64,000 bases of DNA from Anaerolineae bacterium (GTDB taxonomy: Bacteria; Chloroflexota; Anaerolineae; DUEN01): NCBI GenBank assembly GCA_025060615.1, contig JANXBS010000004.1:5400-69399 (forward strand), written 5' to 3'. Every line of letters begins with the position of its first letter. The stretch's first letter is position 1. The position numbers and the translations under genes are program-made. Below the pieces are notes generated by a model that saw only the letters and a program-made list of their open reading frames with translations, was not told the DNA's origin and made no database searches. Of this stretch, positions 23,853 through 34,445 are shown in pieces.

Positions 23853-24802
23853 GGGCTACGCTCGGCCACGTAAGCGATCCACTCTGCGCCATCGTAGAGC
23901 TCGAGGCCGTCCCAGGCCGGATGTACCTCTGTCCGGGAAAACCCCGCTTCGGCGCACATGGCAACAAACTCGGCGGTGGGATAGCCCTGATCTGCGATTC
24001 CGTAGGTGTGCATCTCGCCCGTCTCCAGGTTGATGATGAAATACCGTTCGAGAGAGGCTCGCCGTTCCTCGTCCCAGTCTCGTTCACCCAGGTGCAAGTA
24101 AGGGAAATCACCCCACAGCCCGCCGCGATCGGTATACCACCATGAGCTGTGCGGGCGACGATCTAGCCGCTCGAAGTCTAATAGCTCAATCAATAGTCGT
24201 CCACCTGCCCGCAGGGCATGGGCGCATCTCTGTAAGAGCGTCGCTGCCTCCTCGCGAGGGAAGACGGCCAGTTGGCCGTAGAGGAACAGGGCCGCATCAT
24301 AGCCGGCGCCGGCTTCACGAGGCAGGACATCGCGTACATCCGCCTGGGTAAAGCGACAGCGATCAGTAACCCCTTCCCGCTCCGCCAACGCACGAGCGTA
24401 GCGGATAGAGGCGGGGCTAATGTCAATGCCATGGACGATACAGCCACGCTGAGCTAGGCGCACGGCGTAGAGGCCAGGGCCACATGTCACATCCAGCACA
24501 CGTGCCCCTGGGCTCAGGCGCAGCCATCGCCATATCGCCTCGATCTGGCGCTCAATCTCAATCAGGGGGCGGCTGGCAGCCCCATGGGTCTGATCTAGAT
24601 GCTCACGTAACATGCGCTGGGAAAAATCTGGATCGTCCCAGGGCAGGTTGCTCCCATCCCGCCAGGGAACGGCTGGCTGGGGCCGATCGTAGATTTGCCA
24701 CAGATGGGCCCACAGCCGCTGTCCAGCCATCATCAGTGATCTCGTCCTCGTTCTCTTTTGATGTGACATCTCAGAGCTCACTGACGTACGGATCGTTGCC
24801 AT
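23849..24802 (-). CDS. Class I SAM-dependent methyltransferase
   Basis: VLDVTCGPGLY, GIDISPASI, WDDPDFSQRMLREHL. Confidence 0.88.
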   Translation of the reverse strand: MATIRTSVSSEMSHQKRTRTRSLMMAGQRLWAHLWQIYDRPQPAVPWRDGSNLPWDDPDFSQRMLREHLDQTHGAASRPLIEIERQIEAIWRWLRLSPGARVLDVTCGPGLYAVRLAQRGCIVHGIDISPASIRYARALAEREGVTDRCRFTQADVRDVLPREAGAGYDAALFLYGQLAVFPREEAATLLQRCAHALRAGGRLLIELLDFERLDRRPHSSWWYTDRGGLWGDFPYLHLGERDWDEERRASLERYFIINLETGEMHTYGIADQGYPTAEFVAMCAEAGFSRTEVHPAWDGLELYDGAEWIAYVAERSP

Positions 24803-24974
24803 TCGAGGGTGTTTTGAAAAGTCTTGGCCAGCCCCTTTTGCGCCAGGCTTTATGGGCGCAAGAAGGAGTAGCTATCTCATTTGAGCCTTCCTCTGCCTCA
24901 TTTAAGCCAATCTTTGTCCCACCCGGCCAATTTACCCGATACTCTCCTTGTTAGGTTTTAGTCAGTATAGACCA

Positions 24975-25003
24975 TTGACGTGACCCGGAAAAGCCCTTAT
25001 AAT
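24975..25003 (+). promoter_or_regulatory. Sigma70 promoter
   Basis: TTGACG-17 bp-TATAAT upstream of the LysM/M23 gene. Confidence 0.7.
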
Positions 25004-25054
25004 GCCTTCAAACTTTTGCTTCTAGCGATGATGTGATGATCGAGGGTAGAGGCT

Positions 25055-26023
25055 TTGCCTATCCGTCTTCCAATCCTCTTGCTTATTGGAATACTGCTGT
25101 TATCCCCTTTGTCAACAGCCCAGGCCGATCCTGATACGCCAGGTAGATTTGTCTATCGGGTGTTCTTGCCCTTGATCAGCGGGCCACAATCGGCCACTTC
25201 CACTATACATACAAAGATCCACACCTTCTGGGCGATCCAAGGCTCCTTTGAGTACGTCGTACAACCCGGCGACACGTTGATCAGCATCGCCATTGACCTT
25301 GGCCGTGATCTGACTGACATGGCGTGTGCCACGCGATCAGCTGGCGAAAGCCTCGATACCCTGCGGCCTGGTCAAGTCCTCTCGATCCCAGCGCTAGGTA
25401 CCGTCTGCCATGTGGTCCGAGAGGGGGATACGCTCGAAAGCCTAGCAGCTCTGTACGGCGTCCCGGTCGCGGTCATCGTAGACAACGCCTGGAATCAGCT
25501 CAGCGGTCCACCATACGTTTTGGTGCCTGGGCAACGGCTGCGCATCACCGGCGCGCTGGATCCCCGTTTTATCCCGCAGCCAACGGCCAGCCCTCGCATA
25601 GCCCGAACGGACCGCACGGTTAGCACGCCCCTTCCCTCCGAGTTATGGCCTTACGGCGATGGGCGCTTTATCTGGCCGATCCAAGGGACAATCACCCAGG
25701 GCTTCTCCAACGAGCATCGTGGCATCGACATCGCCGCCGACCTGGGCGATGTGGTAGTGGCGGCGGACACCGGCACTGTGATCAAGGCCGGCTGGAATGA
25801 TCAGGGGCTGGGCTATCGCGTGGTCATCGATCACCACATCGACTATATCACCCTTTACGCTCATCTCTCCGCCGTGCTGGTGCACGAAGGCGAAGTGGTC
25901 AAGAAGGGGCAGCCGATCGGACTGGCCGGCGCTACCGGCAACGCTACCGGAGTACATCTCCACTTCGCAATCTTGGACTACGGCATCGCTACCGATCCTT
26001 TAAACTTGCTCCCCCCTCGGTGA
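25055..26023 (+). CDS. LysM x2 + M23 metallopeptidase
   Basis: Signal peptide, YVVQPGDTL and HVVREGDTL LysM repeats, HRGID, YAHL, TGVHLHF. Confidence 0.92.
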   Translation: MPIRLPILLLIGILLLSPLSTAQADPDTPGRFVYRVFLPLISGPQSATSTIHTKIHTFWAIQGSFEYVVQPGDTLISIAIDLGRDLTDMACATRSAGESLDTLRPGQVLSIPALGTVCHVVREGDTLESLAALYGVPVAVIVDNAWNQLSGPPYVLVPGQRLRITGALDPRFIPQPTASPRIARTDRTVSTPLPSELWPYGDGRFIWPIQGTITQGFSNEHRGIDIAADLGDVVVAADTGTVIKAGWNDQGLGYRVVIDHHIDYITLYAHLSAVLVHEGEVVKKGQPIGLAGATGNATGVHLHFAILDYGIATDPLNLLPPR

Positions 26024-26049
26024 TCTCCTGAGATAACTAGCTGAGAGAG

Positions 26050-26838
26050 TTAACTATGCTTGCGTTGCCGTTGGCGAGCAATAAATCGTCGCGTTTGCCA
26101 TACCCGCCACACCGTGCGCAGGAAGTCCAGACTGTCCCGCAGTGGGTGAAAGTGGCTCTGTTCACCTCCATAGATCGTGCGGATCGGCACCCAGGCGATA
26201 GAGTAGCCAGCGCCGATCGCTCGAGCGATCACGTCCACCTCATAGCTGAAACGGGCGGGGCTTTGCTCATCCTCCAGAGCTTGTAACAGCTTCAGTAGAC
26301 GCTGGCTATACAGGCGATATCCGCTTTGATTATCGGGCACATCCTGTCCCAAGGCCAGCCTCAGGAGCCAGCGTCCAGTTCGGTTGGCCCAGCGGCGGAG
26401 GAAAGGCATCGAGGCATATGCCCGCCGGCCGATGATCAGATCGGCCCGCGTTTGAGTGTAGGCCTCTACGAAGCGTGGCATCTCACTGGGATCGTGCTGG
26501 CCATCGGCATCCAGGGTGAAGATCAGGTCGAAATCATGGCGCAACGCCCAAGCGAACCCGCTGCGCAGCGCCGCGCCTTTCCCTCGGTTGACCGAATGGG
26601 CGATTACCGTAGCTCCTGCTAGCGCGGCGGCAGCAGCGGTGCCGTCAGAGGAGCCATCGTCCACTACGACGACGGCCTTGACATGCTGAAGGGCACCGCG
26701 TACCACAGCTTTGACAGTAGAGACCTCGTTGTAGGCTGGAATTATGGCAGCCATTTGATCCCTGTTCAAGCCGGTGGCAGAGCCCATCCCACCCTCCCCT
26801 GGCACAACCCATGTACAGAAGCTACTCGATTGTAGCAT
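26050..26838 (-). CDS. Glycosyltransferase family 2 (DPM1-like)
   Basis: IIPAYNE, VVDDGSSDGT, NRGKG, TLDADGQHDP, DNQSGYR. The true start is probably further downstream. Confidence 0.9.
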   Translation of the reverse strand: MLQSSSFCTWVVPGEGGMGSATGLNRDQMAAIIPAYNEVSTVKAVVRGALQHVKAVVVVDDGSSDGTAAAAALAGATVIAHSVNRGKGAALRSGFAWALRHDFDLIFTLDADGQHDPSEMPRFVEAYTQTRADLIIGRRAYASMPFLRRWANRTGRWLLRLALGQDVPDNQSGYRLYSQRLLKLLQALEDEQSPARFSYEVDVIARAIGAGYSIAWVPIRTIYGGEQSHFHPLRDSLDFLRTVWRVWQTRRFIARQRQRKHS

Positions 26839-27087
26839 GACGGCCCATGGTGAGCAACCTCGCTTGCATTCAATTTAGACATGAGTCAATGACCATCCAT
26901 CTCGGGAGCGGGGTCAAAGGTAAGCATCCAGCTTTCGGGCTCGCTCCACGATTCAGTAGAGCTGTCAGGAGCAAGGGGATGGATCCAAATAGTTACTTTA
27001 ATTAGTTTACAAACGAGAAGTTTTATGATACGATCTCTGTGAGGGATCAGTTTATTCAGCGATCTGAGAGCGTAAAGTGGGAGAGAG

Positions 27088-27768
27088 ATGATGAGCATCA
27101 ATAAAGCGAAGGCCGAGCCAATCCAGCCCACGCGACGGCGTATCCTCTTCGAGTTGAAGCGATCAGGCGGGCTCACCTGTCAAGAGCTAGCGAAGATCTT
27201 GGGTATCACGTCTATGGGGGTTCGACGCCACCTGATCACACTGGAGCGGGACGGCCTGGTACGCTACAGGACCCAACAGCGCGGCCCTGGGCGGCCTAGT
27301 TACGTATACCACCTGACTGAACTGGCCGAGGAGATGTTTCCCAGAAGCTATGGGCAACTCACCAATGAGTTGCTGAGCTACATTGAGTTGCTTGATGGCG
27401 AAGCGAAAATCCAGAGCCTGTTTGATCAGCGCGCGCAGCGTCGAATCCACCACGCCCAGGCTCGCTTAAAAGGGCTTTCGTTTCCCCACAAGGTCATGGA
27501 GCTGGCGCGCATCCTGGAGGACGATGGCTATCTAGCCGAAGCCGTACAGGTGGACCAGGATACCTTTCTCCTGCGAGAGCACAACTGCGCTATCCACCAG
27601 GTCGCCGCGCGCTTTCAACAGGCCTGCGCTAGCGAGCTGAACTTCCTGCGCGCAGTGCTCCCGGAGGCAGAAGTGACGCGCGAACACCACATGGTGTCAG
27701 GCGAGACGTATTGTGGCTATCGGATCACCCTCCGCCAGGAAAAGCCTCAGCAGGGAAGAGCCTCTTGA
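27088..27768 (+). CDS. SufR-like winged-HTH transcriptional regulator
   Basis: N-terminal HTH (ELAKILGITSMGVRRHL...GPGRP) and C-terminal EHNC-x12-C-x...-C Fe-S-type cysteines. Confidence 0.85.
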   Translation: MMSINKAKAEPIQPTRRRILFELKRSGGLTCQELAKILGITSMGVRRHLITLERDGLVRYRTQQRGPGRPSYVYHLTELAEEMFPRSYGQLTNELLSYIELLDGEAKIQSLFDQRAQRRIHHAQARLKGLSFPHKVMELARILEDDGYLAEAVQVDQDTFLLREHNCAIHQVAARFQQACASELNFLRAVLPEAEVTREHHMVSGETYCGYRITLRQEKPQQGRAS

Positions 27769-27930
27769 GCGCTTTCTATACTGGACCCTATCCTTTGAAA
27801 TTCAAAGGCTGGCTTCAAGCTGTCTTTAGTCAAGTTCAGAGCTAGCTTGCAGCCTTTGCCCGCCTCTATCCGGAGTGGTACAATCCTCCCAGTTGATCCG
27901 GTATGGTTTCACCCCGTCAGAGGACATCCC

Positions 27931-28863
27931 ATGCTGCTACGTGAGCTTTTCTTGATCCTCTCTCGTAACCAGAGCTGGCAAGGCCGGATCGCATCTCTGC
28001 CAGCTGTCCGTCGCATGGCATGCCGATTCGTCGCAGGAGAGACGCTAGATGACGCGCTGACAGTGGTGCAGCGGCTGAACGAGCGAGGCCTTGTGGCCAC
28101 CATCAATCACCTGGGCGAAAATGTGAATTCAGAGGCCGCCGCATCGGTCAGCGCTGAGGCCTATCTGGCTGCCCTAGATGCCATCGCTGTGCTGAACCTG
28201 AAGAGCCATATCTCGGTCAAACCGACCCATCTTGGCCTGGACCTGGGAGATGAGCTCTGTTATGCTAACCTCGAACGGGTGGTCGCCCACGCAACCACAC
28301 GAGGGAACTTCGTCTGGATTGACATGGAGGGTTCGGCTTATACCCAATCCACGATTGACCTGTATCGCCGATTGCGGCGCGCCCATGAGAACGTGGGATT
28401 GGCCATTCAGGCATACCTGTATCGCAGCCGGGCAGATGTGGAAAACTTGATCGAGGAAGGGATCGCCCATTTGCGGCTCTGTAAGGGAGCCTATGACGAG
28501 CCGCCCAGCATCGCCTATCCCGACAAGCGCGATGTGGACGAGAATCTGTTTCAGTTGACACGAACGATGCTCCAACCAGCAGCGCGGGCGCGCGGCGCTT
28601 ATCCGGCCATCGCCACGCATGACGAACGCATCATCCGCCGGGTGCGCGCGTATGCCTATCACCGTCGCATCCCACCGGACGCTTATGAGTTTCAGATGCT
28701 TCACGGCGTCCGCCGTGAGCTCCAATGGCGCCTGGCCGATGAGGGTTATCAGGTGCGCGTATACGTCCCGTATGGCTCCCACTGGTATCCCTATTTCATG
28801 CGGCGCCTGGCCGAGCGTCCAGCGAACGTGCTGTTCTTCTTGCGGGCGCTTTTCAGCCAGTGA
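27931..28863 (+). CDS. Monofunctional proline dehydrogenase
   Basis: RFVAGE, ISVKPTHLGL, WIDME, IQAYLYRS, RLCKGAY, IATHD, EFQMLHGVR, VYVPYG..WYPYFMRRLAERPAN. Confidence 0.94.
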   Translation: MLLRELFLILSRNQSWQGRIASLPAVRRMACRFVAGETLDDALTVVQRLNERGLVATINHLGENVNSEAAASVSAEAYLAALDAIAVLNLKSHISVKPTHLGLDLGDELCYANLERVVAHATTRGNFVWIDMEGSAYTQSTIDLYRRLRRAHENVGLAIQAYLYRSRADVENLIEEGIAHLRLCKGAYDEPPSIAYPDKRDVDENLFQLTRTMLQPAARARGAYPAIATHDERIIRRVRAYAYHRRIPPDAYEFQMLHGVRRELQWRLADEGYQVRVYVPYGSHWYPYFMRRLAERPANVLFFLRALFSQ

Positions 28864-28876
28864 AAAGACTCGAGGG

Positions 28877-29635
28877 ATGAAAAAAATGAGGAATCCCCAT
28901 CCAGAACGGCCATTGATCTTCGCTCACCGAGGAGCCAAAGCCGTTGCGCCTGAGAACACCATCCCCGCTTTTCTGAAGGCGATTGAGCTGGGCGCAGACG
29001 GCGTCGAGCTGGATGTCCAGTTCTCCGCCGATGGAGCGCTGGTGGTCATCCATAACGTGATGCTGGACGAGACCACCAATGGCCATGGCCGCGTCACGGC
29101 GCATACACTGGAAGAACTAAAAGCGCTGGACGCAGGGAGCTGGTTCGCCCCGGAGTTTGCTGGCACCCGCCTATGCACCCTAGAGGAGGCCCTAGATGCC
29201 ATCGGCCATCGCTTGTTGGTCAACATCGAGATGAAATCGTTCTCGATGGGCAATGACGGCATGGCTGAGCAGGTGGCCGAGATCATCCGACGGCGAAACC
29301 TGTACGATCAGGTGATTGTCTCATCCTTCAATCCATTCACCCTGCGTCGTCTAAAGAAGGTCGATCCCAGGATCGAGACAGGCCTTCTCTATGCGCCGGG
29401 GCTGCCGATCTATCTGAGCCGAGCCTGGCTGCGCCCCTGGGCCAAACCGGATGCACTTCATCCTGAGTACGTTATGGTGGATGAGGCGTATATGCGCTGG
29501 GCGCGCCAGCGGGGTTACCCTGTGAATGTCTGGACTGTCAACGAACCTGACGAGATGCGGAAGATGATCGCGCTGGGGGTGAACGCCATCATCACTGATT
29601 ACCCCGATCGCCTGCGAGAGCTGCTGGAATCGTAG
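28877..29635 (+). CDS. Glycerophosphodiester phosphodiesterase
   Basis: FAHRGA..APENT, ELDV, NIEMK, SSF, VWTVN, IITDYP. Confidence 0.93.
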   Translation: MKKMRNPHPERPLIFAHRGAKAVAPENTIPAFLKAIELGADGVELDVQFSADGALVVIHNVMLDETTNGHGRVTAHTLEELKALDAGSWFAPEFAGTRLCTLEEALDAIGHRLLVNIEMKSFSMGNDGMAEQVAEIIRRRNLYDQVIVSSFNPFTLRRLKKVDPRIETGLLYAPGLPIYLSRAWLRPWAKPDALHPEYVMVDEAYMRWARQRGYPVNVWTVNEPDEMRKMIALGVNAIITDYPDRLRELLES

Positions 29636-29646
29636 CGAGGAGGCCT

Positions 29647-30540
29647 TTGCCCACCGCCAAGCTTATCGTCAACCCGTATGCTGGCCGCTGGGCCGGCCGT
29701 GCGGCTCTTCCAAAGGTCGCGGAGACGTTACGTCGTTTGGGATATCCCTTCGAGCTGGTCACTACAGAGGGGCCGGATCATGCCATTGCATTGGCGCGCG
29801 CGGCGGCCGAGGCCGGCTACAGCCCCATCGTGGCCGTCGGAGGGGATGGCACGATCAGCGAGGTGGTAAATGGGCTGATGGAGGCCGCCGCAGGCGGCGT
29901 GGCCGGTCCCTTGGGAGTTATTCCCGCCGGTTGCGCCAACGACCTGGCCCGGCAGTTGGGGCTGCCTCTAGATGTAGCGACCGCGTGTCGGCGTCTGCTC
30001 GCGGGCAGCGAGCGCGTCATCGACGTGGGCCGGGTCAACGGGCGCTACTTCGTGAACGATGTCGGCGTGGGATTCGAACCCCAGGTGACGCTGGAAGCGC
30101 GCCAGATCCGGTGGCTGCGGGGGACGCTCGTCTATTTGGTTGCCGTGTTTCGCGCGCTGCGACACCTACGTCAGCCGCATATGACCGTCGAATGGGACGG
30201 CGGGCGGGCCAGCCACCCAATGCCGTTGGTATCGGTGGGTAATGGGAACATCACCGGCGGCTTTCGCCTGACGCCGCATGCCCGCTTAGACGATGGAGCA
30301 TTGGACTTCGTATTTGCCCAGCGCGTGACTATGCTTCAGATTCTGCGCCTGTTGCCTGGCACCTTGCGGGGCACGCATATCCATCATCCATCGGTCGTCA
30401 CCGGCCGCTCCACACGCCTCGCCGTGCATTCCGAGGAGCCGGTACCCCTCGGCGTGGACGGCGAGGTGCGCACCACAGGAGCTCAGGATCTGAGCTTTGA
30501 GATCTTGCCTGCTCGGCTGCGTGTGATCGTCGGAGGCTAG
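29647..30540 (+). CDS. Diacylglycerol/lipid kinase (YegS/DAGK family)
   Basis: IVNPYAG, VGGDGTISEVVNG, IPAGCANDLAR, VDGE. Confidence 0.92.
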   Translation: MPTAKLIVNPYAGRWAGRAALPKVAETLRRLGYPFELVTTEGPDHAIALARAAAEAGYSPIVAVGGDGTISEVVNGLMEAAAGGVAGPLGVIPAGCANDLARQLGLPLDVATACRRLLAGSERVIDVGRVNGRYFVNDVGVGFEPQVTLEARQIRWLRGTLVYLVAVFRALRHLRQPHMTVEWDGGRASHPMPLVSVGNGNITGGFRLTPHARLDDGALDFVFAQRVTMLQILRLLPGTLRGTHIHHPSVVTGRSTRLAVHSEEPVPLGVDGEVRTTGAQDLSFEILPARLRVIVGG

Positions 30541-32804
30541 AGGCGGCCTCGGGCCTGTGACTCGCGCCGCTGCGCGTCCACGACGGCGATCGCCGCGATA
30601 CGGACGATGTCCTTCACTTCATCGCCTGTCTGCAAAACGTGCACCGGCTTCCCTGTCCCCATCAGGATCGGGCCAATGGCCTCCGCACCGCCCAGCCGAT
30701 GCAGCAGCTTGTAAGCCACATTAGCCGCCTCCAGATCAGGGAAGACCAATACGTTGGCATCCCGTACTCGGCTGAAGGGGTAACGCTCCTCGATGATCTC
30801 CGGCACCACGGCCGTGTCCGCTTGCATCTCGCCGTCTATGCACAGATCAGGCCGGCGCTGTCGCACGATCTCTACCGCCTCCCGTACCTTCTCGGAGAAT
30901 GGGTGACGGGTCGAGCCGAAGTTGGAGAACGAGAGCATCGCGATGCGCGGCTCGATGTCGAACTCGCGAGCCAGATCAGCGGCCATGATGGCGATCTCCG
31001 CCAGCTCCTGCGCGTTTGGGTCAATGTTGACCGTGGCATCGGTGAAGAAGTACACGCGATCGCGCACAATCATGATGTACAGCCCCGCCACGCGGCAGAC
31101 GCTCTCCTGTGTGTGAACGATCTGCAAGGCCGGGCGCAATACCTCCGGGTAACTGTACGTGAGGCCGGAGATGAAGGCATCGGCATCACCTTGGTAGACC
31201 ATCATTGCGCCGAAGTAGTTGGGTTGCTGGATCAATTGGGCCGCCAGTGTGCGAGTGACGCCTCGCCGCTGCCGCAATTGATATAGCGCCTCGGCATAAC
31301 GTTCATCGTACTCGCTGGCGCCCGGTGTGACGACGCGAGGCTGGTAGTGCAGTCCCAGCTCTCGGATCCGTTCCCGGATCACCTCCGGCCGGCCCAGTAA
31401 GGTGACCTTTCCGATGCCCTCTTCTTCGATCTGGGCAGCCGCTCGCAGCACCTTGCGCTCCTCGCCCTCGGCGAAGACGATCCGCTTGGGCTTGGCCTTG
31501 GCCTTGTTGATAACGCGGCGCATCAGCTCCCACCCCTTGCCCAGCCGCGCCTCCAACTTTTCACGATAGCACTCGATGTCAATGTGCACACGGGCAACGC
31601 CTGTCTCCATGGCTGCCTTAGCGACGGCCGGCGCGACCCACAAGAGCACGCGCGGGTCCAACGGCTTAGGAATGATGTATTCGGGGCCGAAACGCAATGA
31701 TGTCAGCCGGTACGCGCTCAACACCGAGTCAGGCACATCTTCCCGCGCCAGCGCGGCCAGGGCATAGGCGGCGGCCACTTTCATCTCATCGTTGATGGCG
31801 CGGGCGCGTACGTCTAGTGCGCCGCGAAAGATGAACGGGAACCCCAGCACATTGTTCACCTGATTGGGGTAATCGCTACGGCCTGTGGCCACGATCGCGT
31901 CGGGCCGGGCAGCTCGAGCCTCCTCATAGCGGATCTCCGGGTCAGGATTGGCCATGGCGAAGATGATGGGATTGGGAGCCATAACCTGGATCATCTCACC
32001 GGTCAGCACATTGCCTACGGAGAGGCCTAAGAACATGTCGGCGTCCACCAACGCCTCGGCTAGCGTGCGAGCTTTAGTGTCGCGAGCGAAGCGGGCCTTG
32101 AACTCGTTCATGTTCACCTCGCGGCCAGCGTAGATGACGCCGCGAGAGTCCAGCATGGTGATGTTCTCGCGCCGCACGCCCAGCCGCACGTAGAACTCAG
32201 CGCAGGCGATAGCCGATGCGCCTGCGCCGTTGACGACAACCCGAAGATCCTCTGGCCGACGGTTGGTCAGCTCGCAGGCGTTGAGCATAGCTGCCCCAGA
32301 GATAATCGCCGTGCCATGTTGGTCATCATGGAAAACGGGGATGTCCAAGCGCCGCCTTAGGATCTCCTCGATGTAGAAGCATTCCGGCGCCTTGATGTCC
32401 TCTAGGTTAATCCCGCCGAAGGTAGGAGCGATCGCTTCGACGACGCAGATGAAGATCTCGGGATTGGGGGCGTTGACTTCAATGTCGAATACATCAATAT
32501 CGGCGAATCGCTTGAAGAGAATCCCTTTGCCCTCCATCACCGGTTTAGAGGCCAACGCGCCGCGATTGCCTAGCCCTAGGATGGCGGTACCATTGGAGAT
32601 CACAGCCACTAAATTCCCCTTCGCCGTGTACTCGTAGGCTAGGTCTGGATCCCTGGCGATCTCTAAGACCGGGAAGGCCACGCCCGGCGTGTAAGCTAGC
32701 GACAAATCCCGTTGCGTTAGGGTTGGCTTGCTCGGAACGACCTCGATCTTCCCTTTGCGCCCTTCGCTGTGGTAAGCGAGGGCCTCTTCTGGTGTAATAC
32801 GCAT
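30537..32804 (-). CDS. maeB: NADP-dependent malic enzyme with phosphotransacetylase-like domain
   Basis: LSLAYTPGVA, KPVMEGK, INLEDI, FHDDQHGT, ATGRSDYPNQVNN, C-terminal PTA domain (DGEMQAD). Confidence 0.96.
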   Translation of the reverse strand: MRITPEEALAYHSEGRKGKIEVVPSKPTLTQRDLSLAYTPGVAFPVLEIARDPDLAYEYTAKGNLVAVISNGTAILGLGNRGALASKPVMEGKGILFKRFADIDVFDIEVNAPNPEIFICVVEAIAPTFGGINLEDIKAPECFYIEEILRRRLDIPVFHDDQHGTAIISGAAMLNACELTNRRPEDLRVVVNGAGASAIACAEFYVRLGVRRENITMLDSRGVIYAGREVNMNEFKARFARDTKARTLAEALVDADMFLGLSVGNVLTGEMIQVMAPNPIIFAMANPDPEIRYEEARAARPDAIVATGRSDYPNQVNNVLGFPFIFRGALDVRARAINDEMKVAAAYALAALAREDVPDSVLSAYRLTSLRFGPEYIIPKPLDPRVLLWVAPAVAKAAMETGVARVHIDIECYREKLEARLGKGWELMRRVINKAKAKPKRIVFAEGEERKVLRAAAQIEEEGIGKVTLLGRPEVIRERIRELGLHYQPRVVTPGASEYDERYAEALYQLRQRRGVTRTLAAQLIQQPNYFGAMMVYQGDADAFISGLTYSYPEVLRPALQIVHTQESVCRVAGLYIMIVRDRVYFFTDATVNIDPNAQELAEIAIMAADLAREFDIEPRIAMLSFSNFGSTRHPFSEKVREAVEIVRQRRPDLCIDGEMQADTAVVPEIIEERYPFSRVRDANVLVFPDLEAANVAYKLLHRLGGAEAIGPILMGTGKPVHVLQTGDEVKDIVRIAAIAVVDAQRRESQARGRL

Positions 32805-32861
32805 CTTCCTCCTCCCTTCAATTAGCCCGTGGACAACAGGTCATAGACGCCTTTAGTTCGT

Positions 32862-34172
32862 TTATGGCCTTGCCTCTTGGACCTGCATCAGCGCCATCCG
32901 ACGTTGGCGCGGCTCCTCCAGCCGCGCAGCGCTGAATAAGCCAGCCAGGCAAACGATCGCTGTGAGGCTCAGCAAAACCGTATATGAGGAAATCTGTAGC
33001 ACCCACCCACCCAAAAACGGCGCAATTAAGACCACGCTGCCTAGCGTATTAGCTAATCCCACGTAAGTGGACCGCTCGGCTGCGGGCGCGATCTCCAAGA
33101 TGTAGTTCATAAATCCAGCCATATTGGCGTTAGCCAACGCGCCCAGAAGGGTGAAGACTAGGGCGTAGACATACATCAGCACCCCCCCTGGCAGCCATGT
33201 GCGCAGCCAGGAGATGCACAGCGCCAGGGTCGGTGCGCCCACTGCCATACCAGCTGTCAGGCAGATCACCATACGCGTCCCCTGTCGTTCACTAATGTAA
33301 CCCATCACCAACCCGGAAAGGATGCCACCAATCACTTGAGCGGAGAGAAATATCCCCACCACCCCCTGGTCAAATCGTAGCACGTCTAATGCATAGATCA
33401 CATAAAAGGGGATGGCCATGTTACTCCACATCACCAACAGCCGCACGAGAACCACTAGACGAAACATGTGATCAGCTCGCATCACCTCGATCAGCCGACT
33501 GATATAAGATGGCCAGGGCAGGCGATCTTGGACGATCTCCAACGGCTGCTCCTTTACCCGGATGAATGACAAAAGCGACAAGGAGAAGAAACCACTGGCG
33601 ATGGCGAACAGGAGCGCATAGTTGATGGGAAAATCCGGCCCATTTGGTCCCAGGATATGACTCACGATGATCCCTGCCCCGACGCCTGCCATGCCCGTGC
33701 CGGTCTGTGCCAAGCCCACCAACCGGCCGCGGCGTGCAGGTGGCAAACTCTTGCTGAACACGTCAAACCAGGCGACGCTGGCGATCCCATCGGTCATGAT
33801 GAAGAGAGTCAAGACCAAAAAGAACAGCACAAGCACCAGGTTGGGATGAGGCACGGCCCACAGCCAGATCGCCACCGTCAGCAATAAGTAGCCAAGCCGA
33901 CCTGTCAATGCTGGGAAGACAACATAAGGCTTCTTCAGCGGCTTGCCAGCCACATAGTTAGCCGCAATCAACTGCGGCAGCATCCAACCCCCGCTCAGGA
34001 TGGTAGTTACCAACCCAATCAAGGGTGCGGAGCTGGTAAGCTGCCGGACCAGAGATGGCATCACCGTGGTTGGGTTGATGAAGCTCATCGCCACACCGAA
34101 GAAGAAGAAATCGCCCAACAAAGCAGCGAAATTGCGGCGATAATTCGGTGGGAGTTCGCGATCCAAGGACAT
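32862..34172 (-). CDS. MFS transporter
   Basis: About 12 TM helices, SKSLPPARRGRLVG, ILEIAPAAERSTYVGL. Confidence 0.85.
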   Translation of the reverse strand: MSLDRELPPNYRRNFAALLGDFFFFGVAMSFINPTTVMPSLVRQLTSSAPLIGLVTTILSGGWMLPQLIAANYVAGKPLKKPYVVFPALTGRLGYLLLTVAIWLWAVPHPNLVLVLFFLVLTLFIMTDGIASVAWFDVFSKSLPPARRGRLVGLAQTGTGMAGVGAGIIVSHILGPNGPDFPINYALLFAIASGFFSLSLLSFIRVKEQPLEIVQDRLPWPSYISRLIEVMRADHMFRLVVLVRLLVMWSNMAIPFYVIYALDVLRFDQGVVGIFLSAQVIGGILSGLVMGYISERQGTRMVICLTAGMAVGAPTLALCISWLRTWLPGGVLMYVYALVFTLLGALANANMAGFMNYILEIAPAAERSTYVGLANTLGSVVLIAPFLGGWVLQISSYTVLLSLTAIVCLAGLFSAARLEEPRQRRMALMQVQEARP

Positions 34173-34210
34173 AGGCCTTGACTTTGCGTCCTAGTTCACA
34201 ATCATAACAC

Positions 34211-34248
34211 AAAAACCCGGCCTGGAGTATGATCCCACTCCAGGCCGG
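34211..34248 (-). terminator. Intrinsic terminator
   Basis: 12-bp stem ccggcctggagt/actccaggccgg followed by ttttt on the minus strand. Confidence 0.8.
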
Positions 34249-34445
34249 AGCGAAGATCACTTGCCTTGATCGATCAGCTTGTGCTCATGGGGGAAAGATG
34301 GCCCCTTCATCAGAGGAGTTGGCTCATGTTCATGAGAGCAGCCTATCCTTGGGCGAAAACGATCCACGGTAGCCCTTTCCCCGGAGAGGCTGATGTCTCT
34401 CAGCTCCAGAAGCCGCCTAGGCCATGCTATCAACATGCCCTTGGC

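Noticed and set aside
34250..34445. Possible small ORF, TPP riboswitch or sRNA between the lipoprotein stop and the terminator
   Set aside because: The 59-aa frame lacks an RBS or motifs, and only a ctgaga fragment of the TPP consensus is present.
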